54,138 nt of DNA, from IMG/VR virus record IMGVR_UViG_3300034062_004821, positions 1 through 54,138 of that record; one strand, given 5' to 3'. This stretch comes from a virus (Duplodnaviria; Caudoviricetes). Below are positions 18,162 through 26,427 of the stretch, one piece after another. The position numbers were made by a program, and so were the translations under genes. Numbering within the stretch: the first letter of the stretch is position 1; each line of letters opens with the position of its first letter. Below the pieces are notes generated by a model that saw nothing but the letters and a program-made list of their open reading frames with translations, did no database searches and was not told where the DNA came from.

Positions 18162-18212
18162 TCCGATTAGTCGGATTCTGCTATTGACGTCATCCGATAT
18201 TTCGGACAGTGT
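18162..18212 (+). promoter_or_regulatory. Left operator region and early promoter
   Basis: TCCGATTAGTCGGA at 18162-18175, TTGACG at 18184-18189, TCCGATATTTCGGA at 18193-18206. Confidence 0.75.
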
Positions 18213-18236
18213 CGCCTCCACAAATCGGAGGCAGCC

Positions 18237-18407
18237 ATGCAGACAACGTTCAATTTGACCCAGCACCTCGCCCGATCGGCAGAGGTTTCGGCGTTTGATC
18301 TTACCGCCCACCTGCGCCCGCGCCAGCCCATCGCCATGGTGCGCTCCACCTGCGCCGTGCTGCGGCGCCCCCTGTCCACCGAGCGTGCGTTTCGGAAAGC
18401 GTCATGA
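18237..18407 (+). CDS. Hypothetical protein (56 aa)
   Basis: GGAGG RBS, MQTTFNLTQHL..., ATGA overlap with the next gene. Confidence 0.6.
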   Translation: MQTTFNLTQHLARSAEVSAFDLTAHLRPRQPIAMVRSTCAVLRRPLSTERAFRKAS

Positions 18408-18730
18408 ATTACCTCGCCATCATTGAAGCAGCGCAGCGCTATGGCCAGCAGCAGCGCACCTCTCACGCAGCGCTTCTTGAATACGGCGCTCTGTGTGGGC
18501 GCGGCATGCTCTGGGCCGACGCCGACCACCTCTTTGAGGGTCAGCTGGACTACGTCGTCGATGCACTTGAGCGCACCTGCTACACGGATGCTGCTCGCGA
18601 TTTGTTCCTCGTTGAAGCGCGCCTCGCGTACTACGGCGACCACGCCTCCACATTGCAACGCCAGCAGTGGCGGTTTGAGTCCGTCAGCCTTGTGCAGGCT
18701 CTATCTGACAGTGACCGCGATGCTGCCTGA
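18404..18730 (+). CDS. Hypothetical protein
   Basis: Coupled ORF in the early operon. Confidence 0.65.
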   Translation: MNYLAIIEAAQRYGQQQRTSHAALLEYGALCGRGMLWADADHLFEGQLDYVVDALERTCYTDAARDLFLVEARLAYYGDHASTLQRQQWRFESVSLVQALSDSDRDAA

Positions 18731-18815
18731 CATCGCGATTGAAATTCTACCCATAGCAATAATTGCCCTGCTGTTCCTCGTCGGCTGGGTGACAGGAAAA
18801 CACAATGGCCGGTGA
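18720..18815 (+). CDS. Single-TM micro-protein (31 aa)
   Basis: MLPDIAIEILPIAIIALLFLVGWVTGKHNGR; bridges its neighbours. Confidence 0.45.
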   Translation: MLPDIAIEILPIAIIALLFLVGWVTGKHNGR

Positions 18816-19710
18816 ACTTGTACGCTTCAATGAAGAACGCGCGCCCGCTCATGCGCCTCGGCGCACATATGATGAGATTGAGCGCATGGCCACCGCCATA
18901 GCCCGTTCGCGGCTTTTCGGCGTGACACAGGTCGAGCAGGTGATTGCTCTCATGCTTATGGCCGAAGCCGAGGGCCGTCATGTAGCTTCAGCGATGCAGG
19001 ACTATACGGTGATCAATGGGCGCCCCTCTTTGAAAGCAGAAGCCATGCTGGCGCGTTTTCAGAACGCCGGCGGCAAGGTGCGCTGGACCTGTCTGACCGA
19101 CGACCGTGTCGCAGCGATCTTTGCTCACCCCAGCTGCGATCCAATCGAGATCGATTGGGACATGACACGCGCCCGTCAGGCTGGCATCGGCGGCAATCAG
19201 ATGTGGAAGAAATATCCACGTCAGATGCTACGCGCGAGAGTGATCTCGGAAGGCGTCCGCACTGTTTACCCGGGAGCCCTTGGAGGCGTGTACGCCACTG
19301 AGGAGGTTGCTGATTTTAGCCCATCAACCGCGCGGGACGCCGCTCCTTACGTCCCGAACGGCAACCTGGCGGCTCCGGAAGAACCTGGAGAGGTAGAAGC
19401 GCTTTCGGAGCCGCCGCCTTCTTTCCACGATCGGCAGAGCAATGTGCCGGGAGGATTCAAGACGCTTAAGGACATCCCCGTGGATGAAGAACAGATCGTC
19501 GATCATACGCAGGATCCTCTCTGGGCTGAGATGTCTATGGAATTACACTCCGAGTGTCAGACAAAGGCGGATGTCACGGCATGGTGGGACGCTCGCAAGA
19601 AGGAGCTTCGCCAGCGCAAGCCGCACTTCGCCAAAGCGTTCTTCCAGGGCGTTGTGATCCCGCTTGCAGCGGCACTTAATGAGCAAACCGTCTGGGAAGA
19701 AGAGCTGTGA
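18805..19710 (+). CDS. RecT/Red-beta-like single-strand annealing recombinase
   Basis: INGRPSLKAEAMLA...WKKYPRQMLRARVISEGVRTVYPG..GVYATEE. Confidence 0.8.
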   Translation: MAGELVRFNEERAPAHAPRRTYDEIERMATAIARSRLFGVTQVEQVIALMLMAEAEGRHVASAMQDYTVINGRPSLKAEAMLARFQNAGGKVRWTCLTDDRVAAIFAHPSCDPIEIDWDMTRARQAGIGGNQMWKKYPRQMLRARVISEGVRTVYPGALGGVYATEEVADFSPSTARDAAPYVPNGNLAAPEEPGEVEALSEPPPSFHDRQSNVPGGFKTLKDIPVDEEQIVDHTQDPLWAEMSMELHSECQTKADVTAWWDARKKELRQRKPHFAKAFFQGVVIPLAAALNEQTVWEEEL

Positions 19711-20036
19711 TCACCGATCGCATGGTGGAGCAAGCGCTGCGGTATCTCACAGATCCGCAGCATGAAGCCTCCCGCGCTCGTGCAGCTGCAGAGCACATGG
19801 ACGACCTTACTCGCACTGTGCTCGCCAAGCTTATGATGGAGAGCCAGGAGAAGAGCGCTGCGGCAAAAGAAATGGATGCCCGCGCTCATCCTGACTTTGA
19901 AGCGCACTTAGAGGCGCTCAAGGCCTGCAGGGAAGTTGATTACATGTGGCGCAATCGATTGAGCGCCGCAAATGCCCTCATCGAAATGTGGCGCACAGAA
20001 CAGAGCAATATCCGGGCAGCGGAGAAGGTCAGATGA
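19707..20036 (+). CDS. Helical recombination-associated protein
   Basis: KSAAAKEMDARA...IEMWRTEQSN motif; follows the recombinase. Confidence 0.65.
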   Translation: MITDRMVEQALRYLTDPQHEASRARAAAEHMDDLTRTVLAKLMMESQEKSAAAKEMDARAHPDFEAHLEALKACREVDYMWRNRLSAANALIEMWRTEQSNIRAAEKVR

Positions 20037-20548
20037 GCGAAGACATCCTTGGGCGCATTCTTGAGGTTCACGACCAGCAGCGCAATCCAATCTCGGACAG
20101 CGACCTTGATCAGGACAGCCCGATCCCGGTTACGCTGTACTGGACCCGGGCCGAGTGGGATCGGCTCAAAACTCTGCAGCAGTATGCAAAGCAGCGCACT
20201 GCGGCTGTGGAAGATCTAATGAAACAGATCGCTGATAAAGCCCCGCCACCGGGTCCGGCAGAGCATTCAGACGCGACATTCTGGGAAGCCAATAAGCTGG
20301 CATTTGCTCATGGATATGACTGCGCCCGCTGGGAGCTTTCCCAGATTGCTGTAGACGCCATGAAGACAAGCGATAAGGCCCTGCTGCGCGCTCAACGGGC
20401 GGAAACAGAGCTGCGAGAAAGGGCGCCTCTGCTTGCCAGCCTAGAGCTGATTGCGGAGCTGAATGGCGATCAGCCTGCTCGCTCAAACTGGGACATGCTG
20501 CGCTTGGCGCGGGCCGCCCTCGACTCGCTGGAGGAGGAGCGGACGTGA
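20033..20548 (+). CDS. Hypothetical protein
   Basis: ATGA-coupled start MSEDIL. Confidence 0.65.
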   Translation: MSEDILGRILEVHDQQRNPISDSDLDQDSPIPVTLYWTRAEWDRLKTLQQYAKQRTAAVEDLMKQIADKAPPPGPAEHSDATFWEANKLAFAHGYDCARWELSQIAVDAMKTSDKALLRAQRAETELRERAPLLASLELIAELNGDQPARSNWDMLRLARAALDSLEEERT

Positions 20549-21312
20549 GTGATCTCTGGAAAATTGAGCGCCCTGGCGCTCGCCTTATTGCGGCGCTGGA
20601 TAGTAACGTACTGCTACGCAATCAATGGAATGGCGACTATGAGATGGACGACTGTAGCCGCTGTCATCCAGATTGTGCGCTCGCATGGATGTCGCGCGAG
20701 GTACATGATACCGAAAGCGCTAGCGCTTGCCCAGCAAGCCTCATGCCGCAGTGGGCTGCTGAAGTCATAACGTGGATGGACAACGTCCTGAGCGCTGAGG
20801 CGTGGCCAGGACTGATGCGGCGTCTCGGGCTGCTGATAGATCGCGCGACGCCTCAGACGTGGTCACGTCGTCTGCAAGCGAAGTGCTGTCAGATAGCGGT
20901 GGTCGAAGCATTGCAGCATACAACTGACGCCGCCGTAGTAGGGGTGTGTGAACGTGTCATTGTCCTGCTGGATCGCGCCATAGCTGGCGCCGAGCCCAGC
21001 GCAGATGAGTGGCAGACGGAGATAGCGGCGGCGAACGCGGCGGGGATGAGGTCGATAAGGGCGATAAAGGCGACGAGGGTGACGAGGGTCACGGGGTCGG
21101 CGGCGGCGCGGGCGGCGGCGCGGGCGGCGAAAAGTAGGCCAAGGGCGGCACGCGCCGGAGCGGCGGCGCTGACGGCGGCGATGTCGGCGTCGAGGGCGAG
21201 GGCGATGTGGGCCAGGACGGCGGCAAGAGGGAGAGCGGCAGATAAGATTATCACATCCATGCTGGACGCGCTGGAAAAAGAGATCGCCCTCGACGCGCTG
21301 GAGCAACCATGA
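20545..21312 (+). CDS. Hypothetical protein with Ala/Arg-rich low-complexity tract
   Basis: GGAGG RBS, GTG start; degenerate (GCG)n tract at ~21020-21240. Confidence 0.7.
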   Translation: MSDLWKIERPGARLIAALDSNVLLRNQWNGDYEMDDCSRCHPDCALAWMSREVHDTESASACPASLMPQWAAEVITWMDNVLSAEAWPGLMRRLGLLIDRATPQTWSRRLQAKCCQIAVVEALQHTTDAAVVGVCERVIVLLDRAIAGAEPSADEWQTEIAAANAAGMRSIRAIKATRVTRVTGSAAARAAARAAKSRPRAARAGAAALTAAMSASRARAMWARTAARGRAADKIITSMLDALEKEIALDALEQP

Positions 21313-21410
21313 CCCGCGCGCCCATTGCTTTGCTGATAGCGTTGTTGGTGCCCTGGTGGGTCGGGGCCGTGACGATCGTCTCATGGTTAGTGGATGCGAT
21401 GGTAAGATGA
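21309..21410 (+). CDS. Single-TM micro-protein (33 aa)
   Basis: MTRAPIALLIALLVPWWVGAVTIVSWLVDAMVR; ATGA overlaps at both ends. Confidence 0.55.
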   Translation: MTRAPIALLIALLVPWWVGAVTIVSWLVDAMVR

Positions 21411-21778
21411 CCGTATCCGACCTGCCTCAGCCGCAGAAACGCAAACCGCTGACGCGGGTGCAGTTTGCGACGCTCATCCTGAAACAGGAGGGCCGCTGCG
21501 GCTGTGGATGCGGGAAACGGCTGCAGGCCGATCAGATTATCGACGAGCATATAGTCGCGCTTGATTTCCTTGGATCAAATGATCTGAGCAATCGCTCACT
21601 GTGGGATCGGGAATGCAGCAAGGCGAAAACAGCGCGGGATCTTGCTGCGTCGGCAAAGGGGAAAAGGATCCGGGGTGAAACGGGTCAAGGCCCGAAGCGC
21701 AGGATTGTATCGCGCGGATTCCAGAAGCGCCCTGAGGGTGTGTCTCACCAATGGCCGAAGAGGAAATTCGGGCAATGA
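21407..21778 (+). CDS. HNH endonuclease-like protein (degenerate)
   Basis: QEGRCGCGCG..DEHIVAL..GSNDLSN..ECSKAKT. Confidence 0.75.
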   Translation: MTVSDLPQPQKRKPLTRVQFATLILKQEGRCGCGCGKRLQADQIIDEHIVALDFLGSNDLSNRSLWDRECSKAKTARDLAASAKGKRIRGETGQGPKRRIVSRGFQKRPEGVSHQWPKRKFGQ

Positions 21779-21963
21779 ACCCCCGCTCCTTCGCCGCCCA
21801 GGTTCGTCGCGCCATTGAGGCCTACAAGCTGGCAACGGGCGTTGTGCCTGTTGTGGAATTTGAAGGCGGAGAAAGGTTTACCTTGCGCAGCCCCTCCCCC
21901 GAGGCGACAGACAAGGAAGAAGGCGCTAGCCTCCAGCGCAAGCTGGATGGGGCCTTCAGATGA
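21775..21963 (+). CDS. Small protein preceding the integrase (possible excisionase/RDF)
   Basis: 62 aa, coupled to int; positional inference only. Confidence 0.45.
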   Translation: MNPRSFAAQVRRAIEAYKLATGVVPVVEFEGGERFTLRSPSPEATDKEEGASLQRKLDGAFR

Positions 21964-23117
21964 CGCGGGTCAAATTGTCTTACTATGTTGTCCGCAAGGG
22001 ACGCGGATACTTCGAGCTGGGGAAGGCACGCGCAGAAGCTTCAGGATTGCCTGCCAGTGAGCCTTTGGGTCTGGATGGACCAGAGGCATGGGCAAGAGCA
22101 AAGCGCTGCTATGAGGCTTACAAAGCTGCCTGCGACCCATCTGGCTCAAGAAGGCTTGGAGGCTATCCTCCCGGATCTCTGGGCGCCGCTTATGTCCTCT
22201 GGCGCGGATCAGCCGACTGGAGCGACAAGGCGCAGCGCACGCGGGAGGAATATCAAAGAGCCTGGGATGACCACATTGACCAGGCGTTCGGCAAGAAGCT
22301 TCTCACCGCCATCACAGTTGCTGACAGCGAGGCGTTTCATCGTCGGATGAAGAAGGAGCTATCCGCATCGGATGCTCACAGGACGCTCAAGATATGGCGC
22401 GCAATCCTGAACATGCTTGAGAAAAAGCACCTGATTGCACGGGCGCCCATAGGGGCCGTGAGCAATCCCCTGCCAACAGGACGCTCCCAGTACTGGCTAG
22501 CCGATGAGATCGACCAGCTTGTCAAACACGCTGAGGAAACAGGCCGCGAGACACTGTCGCTTATGATCCGCCTTGCCTGGGAAACAGCGCTCTCACCTGT
22601 TGATTGCAGGACCCTGAGCCTGTCGATGATCCGCAAGGATCGAGCGGGCCATCACATCGAACGCCAGAGGACGAAAACCGGCGCCGCAGCGCAGCCTCCG
22701 ATATCGGATGATCTCGCCCGCGATCTCCTCGCCTATGCCGATCGCCTGCCCGTTCAGCTGATGCCAAGCCAACCCCTGTTTCGGAACCCTCAGGGGCGGG
22801 CGTATACAAAAACATATATGGCCCACGAGTTCGCCGCTCTGCGCCGTCTGGCCTTTGGCGGCGATGAGCGCAGGCAATTCCTCGATATTCGTCGGAGCGC
22901 CAACCTGGAAGCCGATCTTGGCGGCGCCAGCGCGGAGGATCGCGCGGAGGTGCTCGCTAACGCCCTGCACAAGAACCGGGCTCTGGACGCCACCTACACG
23001 CCCCCGACCGTCGCCCGCGCCAGGAAGACGCAGGAGGCACGAAAGGCAGGACGCGCCCTCCTCAAACAGGAAGCAAAACGCGCACAAAGTCGGAACTCAC
23101 CCGCTGGAAAAGTTTGA
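21960..23117 (+). CDS. int: Tyrosine recombinase/integrase (atypical catalytic motifs)
   Basis: RTREEY SAM-like domain, RQRTKTG, PLFRNPQG, FLDIRRS, TY; adjacent tRNA-derived att core. Confidence 0.85.
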   Translation: MTRVKLSYYVVRKGRGYFELGKARAEASGLPASEPLGLDGPEAWARAKRCYEAYKAACDPSGSRRLGGYPPGSLGAAYVLWRGSADWSDKAQRTREEYQRAWDDHIDQAFGKKLLTAITVADSEAFHRRMKKELSASDAHRTLKIWRAILNMLEKKHLIARAPIGAVSNPLPTGRSQYWLADEIDQLVKHAEETGRETLSLMIRLAWETALSPVDCRTLSLSMIRKDRAGHHIERQRTKTGAAAQPPISDDLARDLLAYADRLPVQLMPSQPLFRNPQGRAYTKTYMAHEFAALRRLAFGGDERRQFLDIRRSANLEADLGGASAEDRAEVLANALHKNRALDATYTPPTVARARKTQEARKAGRALLKQEAKRAQSRNSPAGKV

Positions 23118-23294
23118 ACTGTGTTTGAACCGATGACGAACCCAGAAGCTAAGTTATTGAAAGGGTTGGCGACCCCGGCAGGACTTGAACCTGCAACCAC
23201 CCGCTTAGAAGGGCGGTACTCGTCCCGTCATTGCAAGGTCAATTCAGACTTTTTGACCGTGAACGTCCGACGAACATCGGGTCAAAGTTTGAAC
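23109..23294. mobile_element. attP region with arm-type repeats
   Basis: AAAGTTTGAAC at 23109-23119 and 23284-23294, GTTTGAAC at 23123-23130, flanking a tRNA fragment. Confidence 0.7.
23167..23221 (-). mobile_element. attP core: 3' half of tRNA-Arg(TCT), not a full tRNA
   Basis: Minus strand reads CTTCTAA-GCGGG-TGGTT-GCAGG-TTCAAGT-CCTGC-CGGGGTCG-CCA (anticodon loop, T-arm, acceptor strand, CCA); no 5' half. Confidence 0.85.
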
Positions 23295-23310
23295 GCCGGG
23301 AGGTTTAAAA

Positions 23311-24186
23311 ATGCAGTCTAATTTTCAGGCGCTGAAACCGCCGTTTGTCCTGTCGCGTCCGCAGGTGAGCCGGGCGCATAATTTCATGCAGTTCTTATCT
23401 GAGATGGTTCTGCAAGAGGAAACATTTCAATTGAAATGGGTTGAGCCAGAACGATTTGCAGCCCTGCAAGACGATGCAAGATCATTGCTTTCTATATGCC
23501 AAAAAGACGACTTCATGGTCATGCTTATAGAGCACGCATGGTCAGAAGCGGTCGATCTTGGGTCGGTGAGACAGGATGACACCGTACAGCTTCCATCAGG
23601 AAACATGGTCTTTGAGTTCGTCGTCAATGGGGTCCATTTTTTATGGTGGTACATGCAAATGGAAGGATGGGACAAAAATGGCTCAATGATAGCCAGATAT
23701 TGTGGCCAAGGTCCTTCCGACCATGGTCAATGGGCCGTAATGACCAAAGCACATAAAGAAGATCTGAAAGACAATGAACTTCAATTGGCTCTTTTTAGTC
23801 CGCAAAAAAGCGCGCGTGACTCAACAGACAACATTTTGGTGCCTGATGATCTGGATGATTTCCTGGTTAAGAATGTGTATGCCGCCTGCGTTGTTCTGGA
23901 TGCGGAGCTTGCCTACAGGGAAGTTGTTCGCGCCCCTCACAAACTGAACGCAGCGCGAGCCAAAAAGGGCAAACTGCCGCTTTACTCATATCACATCATC
24001 AAGCTGGCTAACCGCAAACGCGCAGCGGCTCTGCCTGACGCCCAGTCACAGGAAAGCGGGCGGCGCCTGCGTATGCATTTTGTGCGCGGCCACTGGCGCC
24101 ATTTTCAGGAACACAAAACGTGGGTGAAATGGCACGTCCGGGGCGATCCGGATCTCGGGCGCATCGAAAAAGAGTACCGCCTGTAA
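23311..24186 (+). CDS. Hypothetical phage protein (RxHxxRGHWR family)
   Basis: KLNAARAKKGKLPL..RMHFVRGHWR..WVKWHVRG; GGAGG RBS; AT-richer middle. Confidence 0.8.
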   Translation: MQSNFQALKPPFVLSRPQVSRAHNFMQFLSEMVLQEETFQLKWVEPERFAALQDDARSLLSICQKDDFMVMLIEHAWSEAVDLGSVRQDDTVQLPSGNMVFEFVVNGVHFLWWYMQMEGWDKNGSMIARYCGQGPSDHGQWAVMTKAHKEDLKDNELQLALFSPQKSARDSTDNILVPDDLDDFLVKNVYAACVVLDAELAYREVVRAPHKLNAARAKKGKLPLYSYHIIKLANRKRAAALPDAQSQESGRRLRMHFVRGHWRHFQEHKTWVKWHVRGDPDLGRIEKEYRL

Positions 24187-24206
24187 GCAAACAGGGGCAA
24201 ACGTAG

Positions 24207-24854
24207 ATGCCGCAAAACATCAGCCATGCCGTGATGAACCAGCGCCACGAAGCGCATGATAGCCTCGATGACTTCCCCACGCCCCCTTGGGCTGTTCGCG
24301 CGCTTTGTGAGTACGTCCTGCCAACAAAGGTGCTCAAGTCTCTGACGTGCTGGGAGCCTGCCTGCAATCGCGGTTACATGGCGCGCCCGCTGCGGGAGTA
24401 TTTCCACGAAGTCTTGGCGACCGACATCCACAACTATGGCTGGGATGGACAGGAGCGGGTGGCGGATTTCCTGTTTGAGCGCCCACAGGCGGATAGCCAT
24501 GACGTTAACGCGATAATTACCAACCCGCCCTTTCGACTTGCGGCGCAATTCGCGTTTCACGCACTGACCGTGTGGAAACCTGACATTTCTGCCCTTCTGG
24601 TGCGGACGAATTTCCTAGAAGGCAAAGAGAGGTTTGAAACGCTGTTCACGCCTCACCCACCCGCGACGGTCGCCCAATTTGTTGAGCGCGTGCCAATGGT
24701 AAAGGGCCGTTATGACCAAGATGCATCGACGGCAACGTCTTATGCGTGGATCGTCTGGAAGCGTGGTTGGTCTTCGGGAACGAAATTTCAATGGATACCG
24801 CCCTGCCGGCGTCAGCTTCAGAAGGCGTCGGATAGTCAGCCTACCATGACGTAA
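24207..24854 (+). CDS. Orphan DNA N6-adenine (or N4-C) methyltransferase
   Basis: DDFPTPPW, WEPACNRG motif I, IITNPPF motif IV, YAWIVW. Confidence 0.88.
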   Translation: MPQNISHAVMNQRHEAHDSLDDFPTPPWAVRALCEYVLPTKVLKSLTCWEPACNRGYMARPLREYFHEVLATDIHNYGWDGQERVADFLFERPQADSHDVNAIITNPPFRLAAQFAFHALTVWKPDISALLVRTNFLEGKERFETLFTPHPPATVAQFVERVPMVKGRYDQDASTATSYAWIVWKRGWSSGTKFQWIPPCRRQLQKASDSQPTMT

Positions 24855-24861
24855 TGCCGTA

Positions 24862-25133
24862 GCGACAAAGGCGACAGTCGCAGGCGACAAAGGCGACAGT
24901 CGCCTGGTGTTTGGCGCTATTGGCGCTTTTGGCGCTTTTTTGGCGCATTGCTCGTAAAGCGCCAATAGCGCCAACGAATGCACTCATCATCCGCGATCAG
25001 CCGAAAACGGCCCAGATTGGCCCAGATTGGCCAGGAACGGTCGGAAATGGCCAGCGGCTGACACCGGCCAAAATGCGAAGCCAAAGCGAAGTCAGAGCGA
25101 AGTCAGAGCGAAGTCAGAGCGAAGCCGGTTCGC
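24862..25133. repeat. Array of four different iteron-like repeat blocks
   Basis: GCGACAAAGGCGACAGTCGC x2; TTGGCGC x4 plus inverted x2; GGCCCAGATT x2 plus GGCC variants; GCGAAG x5 at 11-bp period. Confidence 0.9.
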
Positions 25134-25191
25134 TTTGCAAAAATGCTGAGACGGGGCAAAAAGTTGGGCGAGTGCTCACCACCCGGCCAAC

Positions 25192-25228
25192 AAAAAAAGC
25201 GCCCGCCGGAGGGGGATCCGGCGAGCGC
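25192..25228 (-). terminator. Rho-independent terminator for 25259..25468
   Basis: 12-bp stem 25199-25228 followed by T7 on the minus strand. Confidence 0.8.
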
Positions 25229-25258
25229 ATTGGGACGGTTGTGTTTGGCTGATTGACC

Positions 25259-25468
25259 CTACGATCGCCTTTGGAACAGGAAATTGTAAACGACGACCCA
25301 AACGGCCACGAGCGTTACGATGCTCATGAACGACGCAATGGGCTCGGGCGGGGTCAGCACACCCAGAAACACGACCGCAGCGTAGGCGACGATCAGGGAC
25401 CACAGGAGGGATCGGGCATTGCGCCAGAACTCCTTGCTGGTGAAGTCAGGCACATTGATAGACGGCAT
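25259..25468 (-). CDS. Two-TM small membrane protein (moron)
   Basis: AAGGAG RBS, two hydrophobic helices, own terminator. Confidence 0.7.
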   Translation of the reverse strand: MPSINVPDFTSKEFWRNARSLLWSLIVAYAAVVFLGVLTPPEPIASFMSIVTLVAVWVVVYNFLFQRRS

Positions 25469-25516
25469 GGGTTTCTCCTTTAGAGCTTCCGGGATGGAAG
25501 GTGGCTGTAACAATCT

Positions 25517-25559
25517 GTGATCTGGCATGCCATAGACTTGTCACGTATGGCATGCCATA
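25517..25559. promoter_or_regulatory. Operator pair TGGCATGCCA, copy 1
   Basis: Palindromes at 25523-25532 and 25548-25557. Confidence 0.75.
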
Positions 25560-25589
25560 TCCAGCGGGTCAAAAGGAAGGAATGCTCCA

Positions 25590-26348
25590 ATGACCAATGC
25601 ACTCTTCAGCCGTGACGGACAGGCTCTTGAGCCGATCACCCCAGGCGGGCGCACAGGTATTGTTCGCAACAAGTGTCACCGTTGTGGTGGATTGGGCGGC
25701 GCTAACGCTTGGAAGCACACAGGATACACATGCTTCCGGTGCAATGGTTCTGGCTTTGAGCCCGCTCGCGAAGTGAGGCTTTATACCAGCGACGAGCTGG
25801 CCAAGCTCAATGCCAGAGCTGCTGCCAAGCGTGAAAAAGCCGCCGCCGCTAAACAGGCTGCTGCGGACGCAGCAAAAGCTGCTCGCCAAGAAATACTTGG
25901 GACCGATCCCCTGTATATCTATCTTGTCGCAAACGCTTCGCGTCACGATTTCCTGGCTTCAATGCTTCAAAAGATTGAAGTCAACGACCTGAGCGAAAAC
26001 CAGCGCGCCGCCATTGAAAAGTGGATAGCTGCAGATCACGCGCGCACGGCAAAAGTCGCTGCGGCAAAGTCTGCCGGACACCTCGGCACGATTGGATCCC
26101 GCGTCAAGATTGACGCCACCGTGACAAAGGCCACCTTTGTCAGCAAAGGCTATTCGTATAGCTCACCCGATCGGTATGCGATTACGGCTGTAACGGCAGA
26201 TGGCGCGGTTATTGTTTGGTTTTCCGCTTTCCGGGAAATTGGCTCGCGCATGATCGGCGCCGCCACCGTAGTCAAACACGACGATTACAACGGCATACCG
26301 CAAACGGTAATCAAGAACTTCCGCGCATCATTGCTAGAGGCTGCTTGA
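25590..26348 (+). CDS. Zinc-finger + OB-fold-like early protein
   Basis: CHRCGG..CFRCNGSG, LSENQRAAI, HLGTIGSRV..ATVVKHDDYNGIPQTVI. Confidence 0.8.
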   Translation: MTNALFSRDGQALEPITPGGRTGIVRNKCHRCGGLGGANAWKHTGYTCFRCNGSGFEPAREVRLYTSDELAKLNARAAAKREKAAAAKQAAADAAKAARQEILGTDPLYIYLVANASRHDFLASMLQKIEVNDLSENQRAAIEKWIAADHARTAKVAAAKSAGHLGTIGSRVKIDATVTKATFVSKGYSYSSPDRYAITAVTADGAVIVWFSAFREIGSRMIGAATVVKHDDYNGIPQTVIKNFRASLLEAA

Positions 26349-26356
26349 AATATTAC

Positions 26357-26397
26357 GTGATCTGGCATGCCATAGACGGACAGTGGCTGGCATGCCA
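26357..26397. promoter_or_regulatory. Operator pair TGGCATGCCA, copy 2
   Basis: Palindromes at 26363-26372 and 26388-26397, same 25-bp spacing as copy 1. Confidence 0.75.
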
Positions 26398-26427
26398 GAT
26401 ATCGCTGGTCAGCAGATGGAGACAGAA

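Noticed and set aside
19707-20036. J-domain because of an HPD tripeptide
   Set aside because: The flanks do not fit a J-domain and the context is the recombination module; HPD occurs by chance in several ORFs here.
21050-21135. Collagen-like GDKGDEGDEG peptide in an alternative frame
   Set aside because: A short by-product of the G-rich tract, closed by a stop and lacking a start context.
23167-23221. Functional tRNA gene
   Set aside because: The 5' acceptor strand and D-arm are missing and the anticodon stem does not pair; it is an att core.
24862-25133. CRISPR array
   Set aside because: Repeats are 6-22 bp, differ between blocks, have no unique spacers, and no cas genes are present.
24911-25252. 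113-aa ORF (and antisense 24615..24983) over the repeat array
   Set aside because: The translation only mirrors the DNA repeats, there is no RBS, and it runs through a terminator.
25590-26348. DnaJ partner for the Hsp70 (CxxCxGxG motifs)
   Set aside because: Only two motifs, no J-domain or HPD, a different operon, and such fingers are common in phage early proteins.
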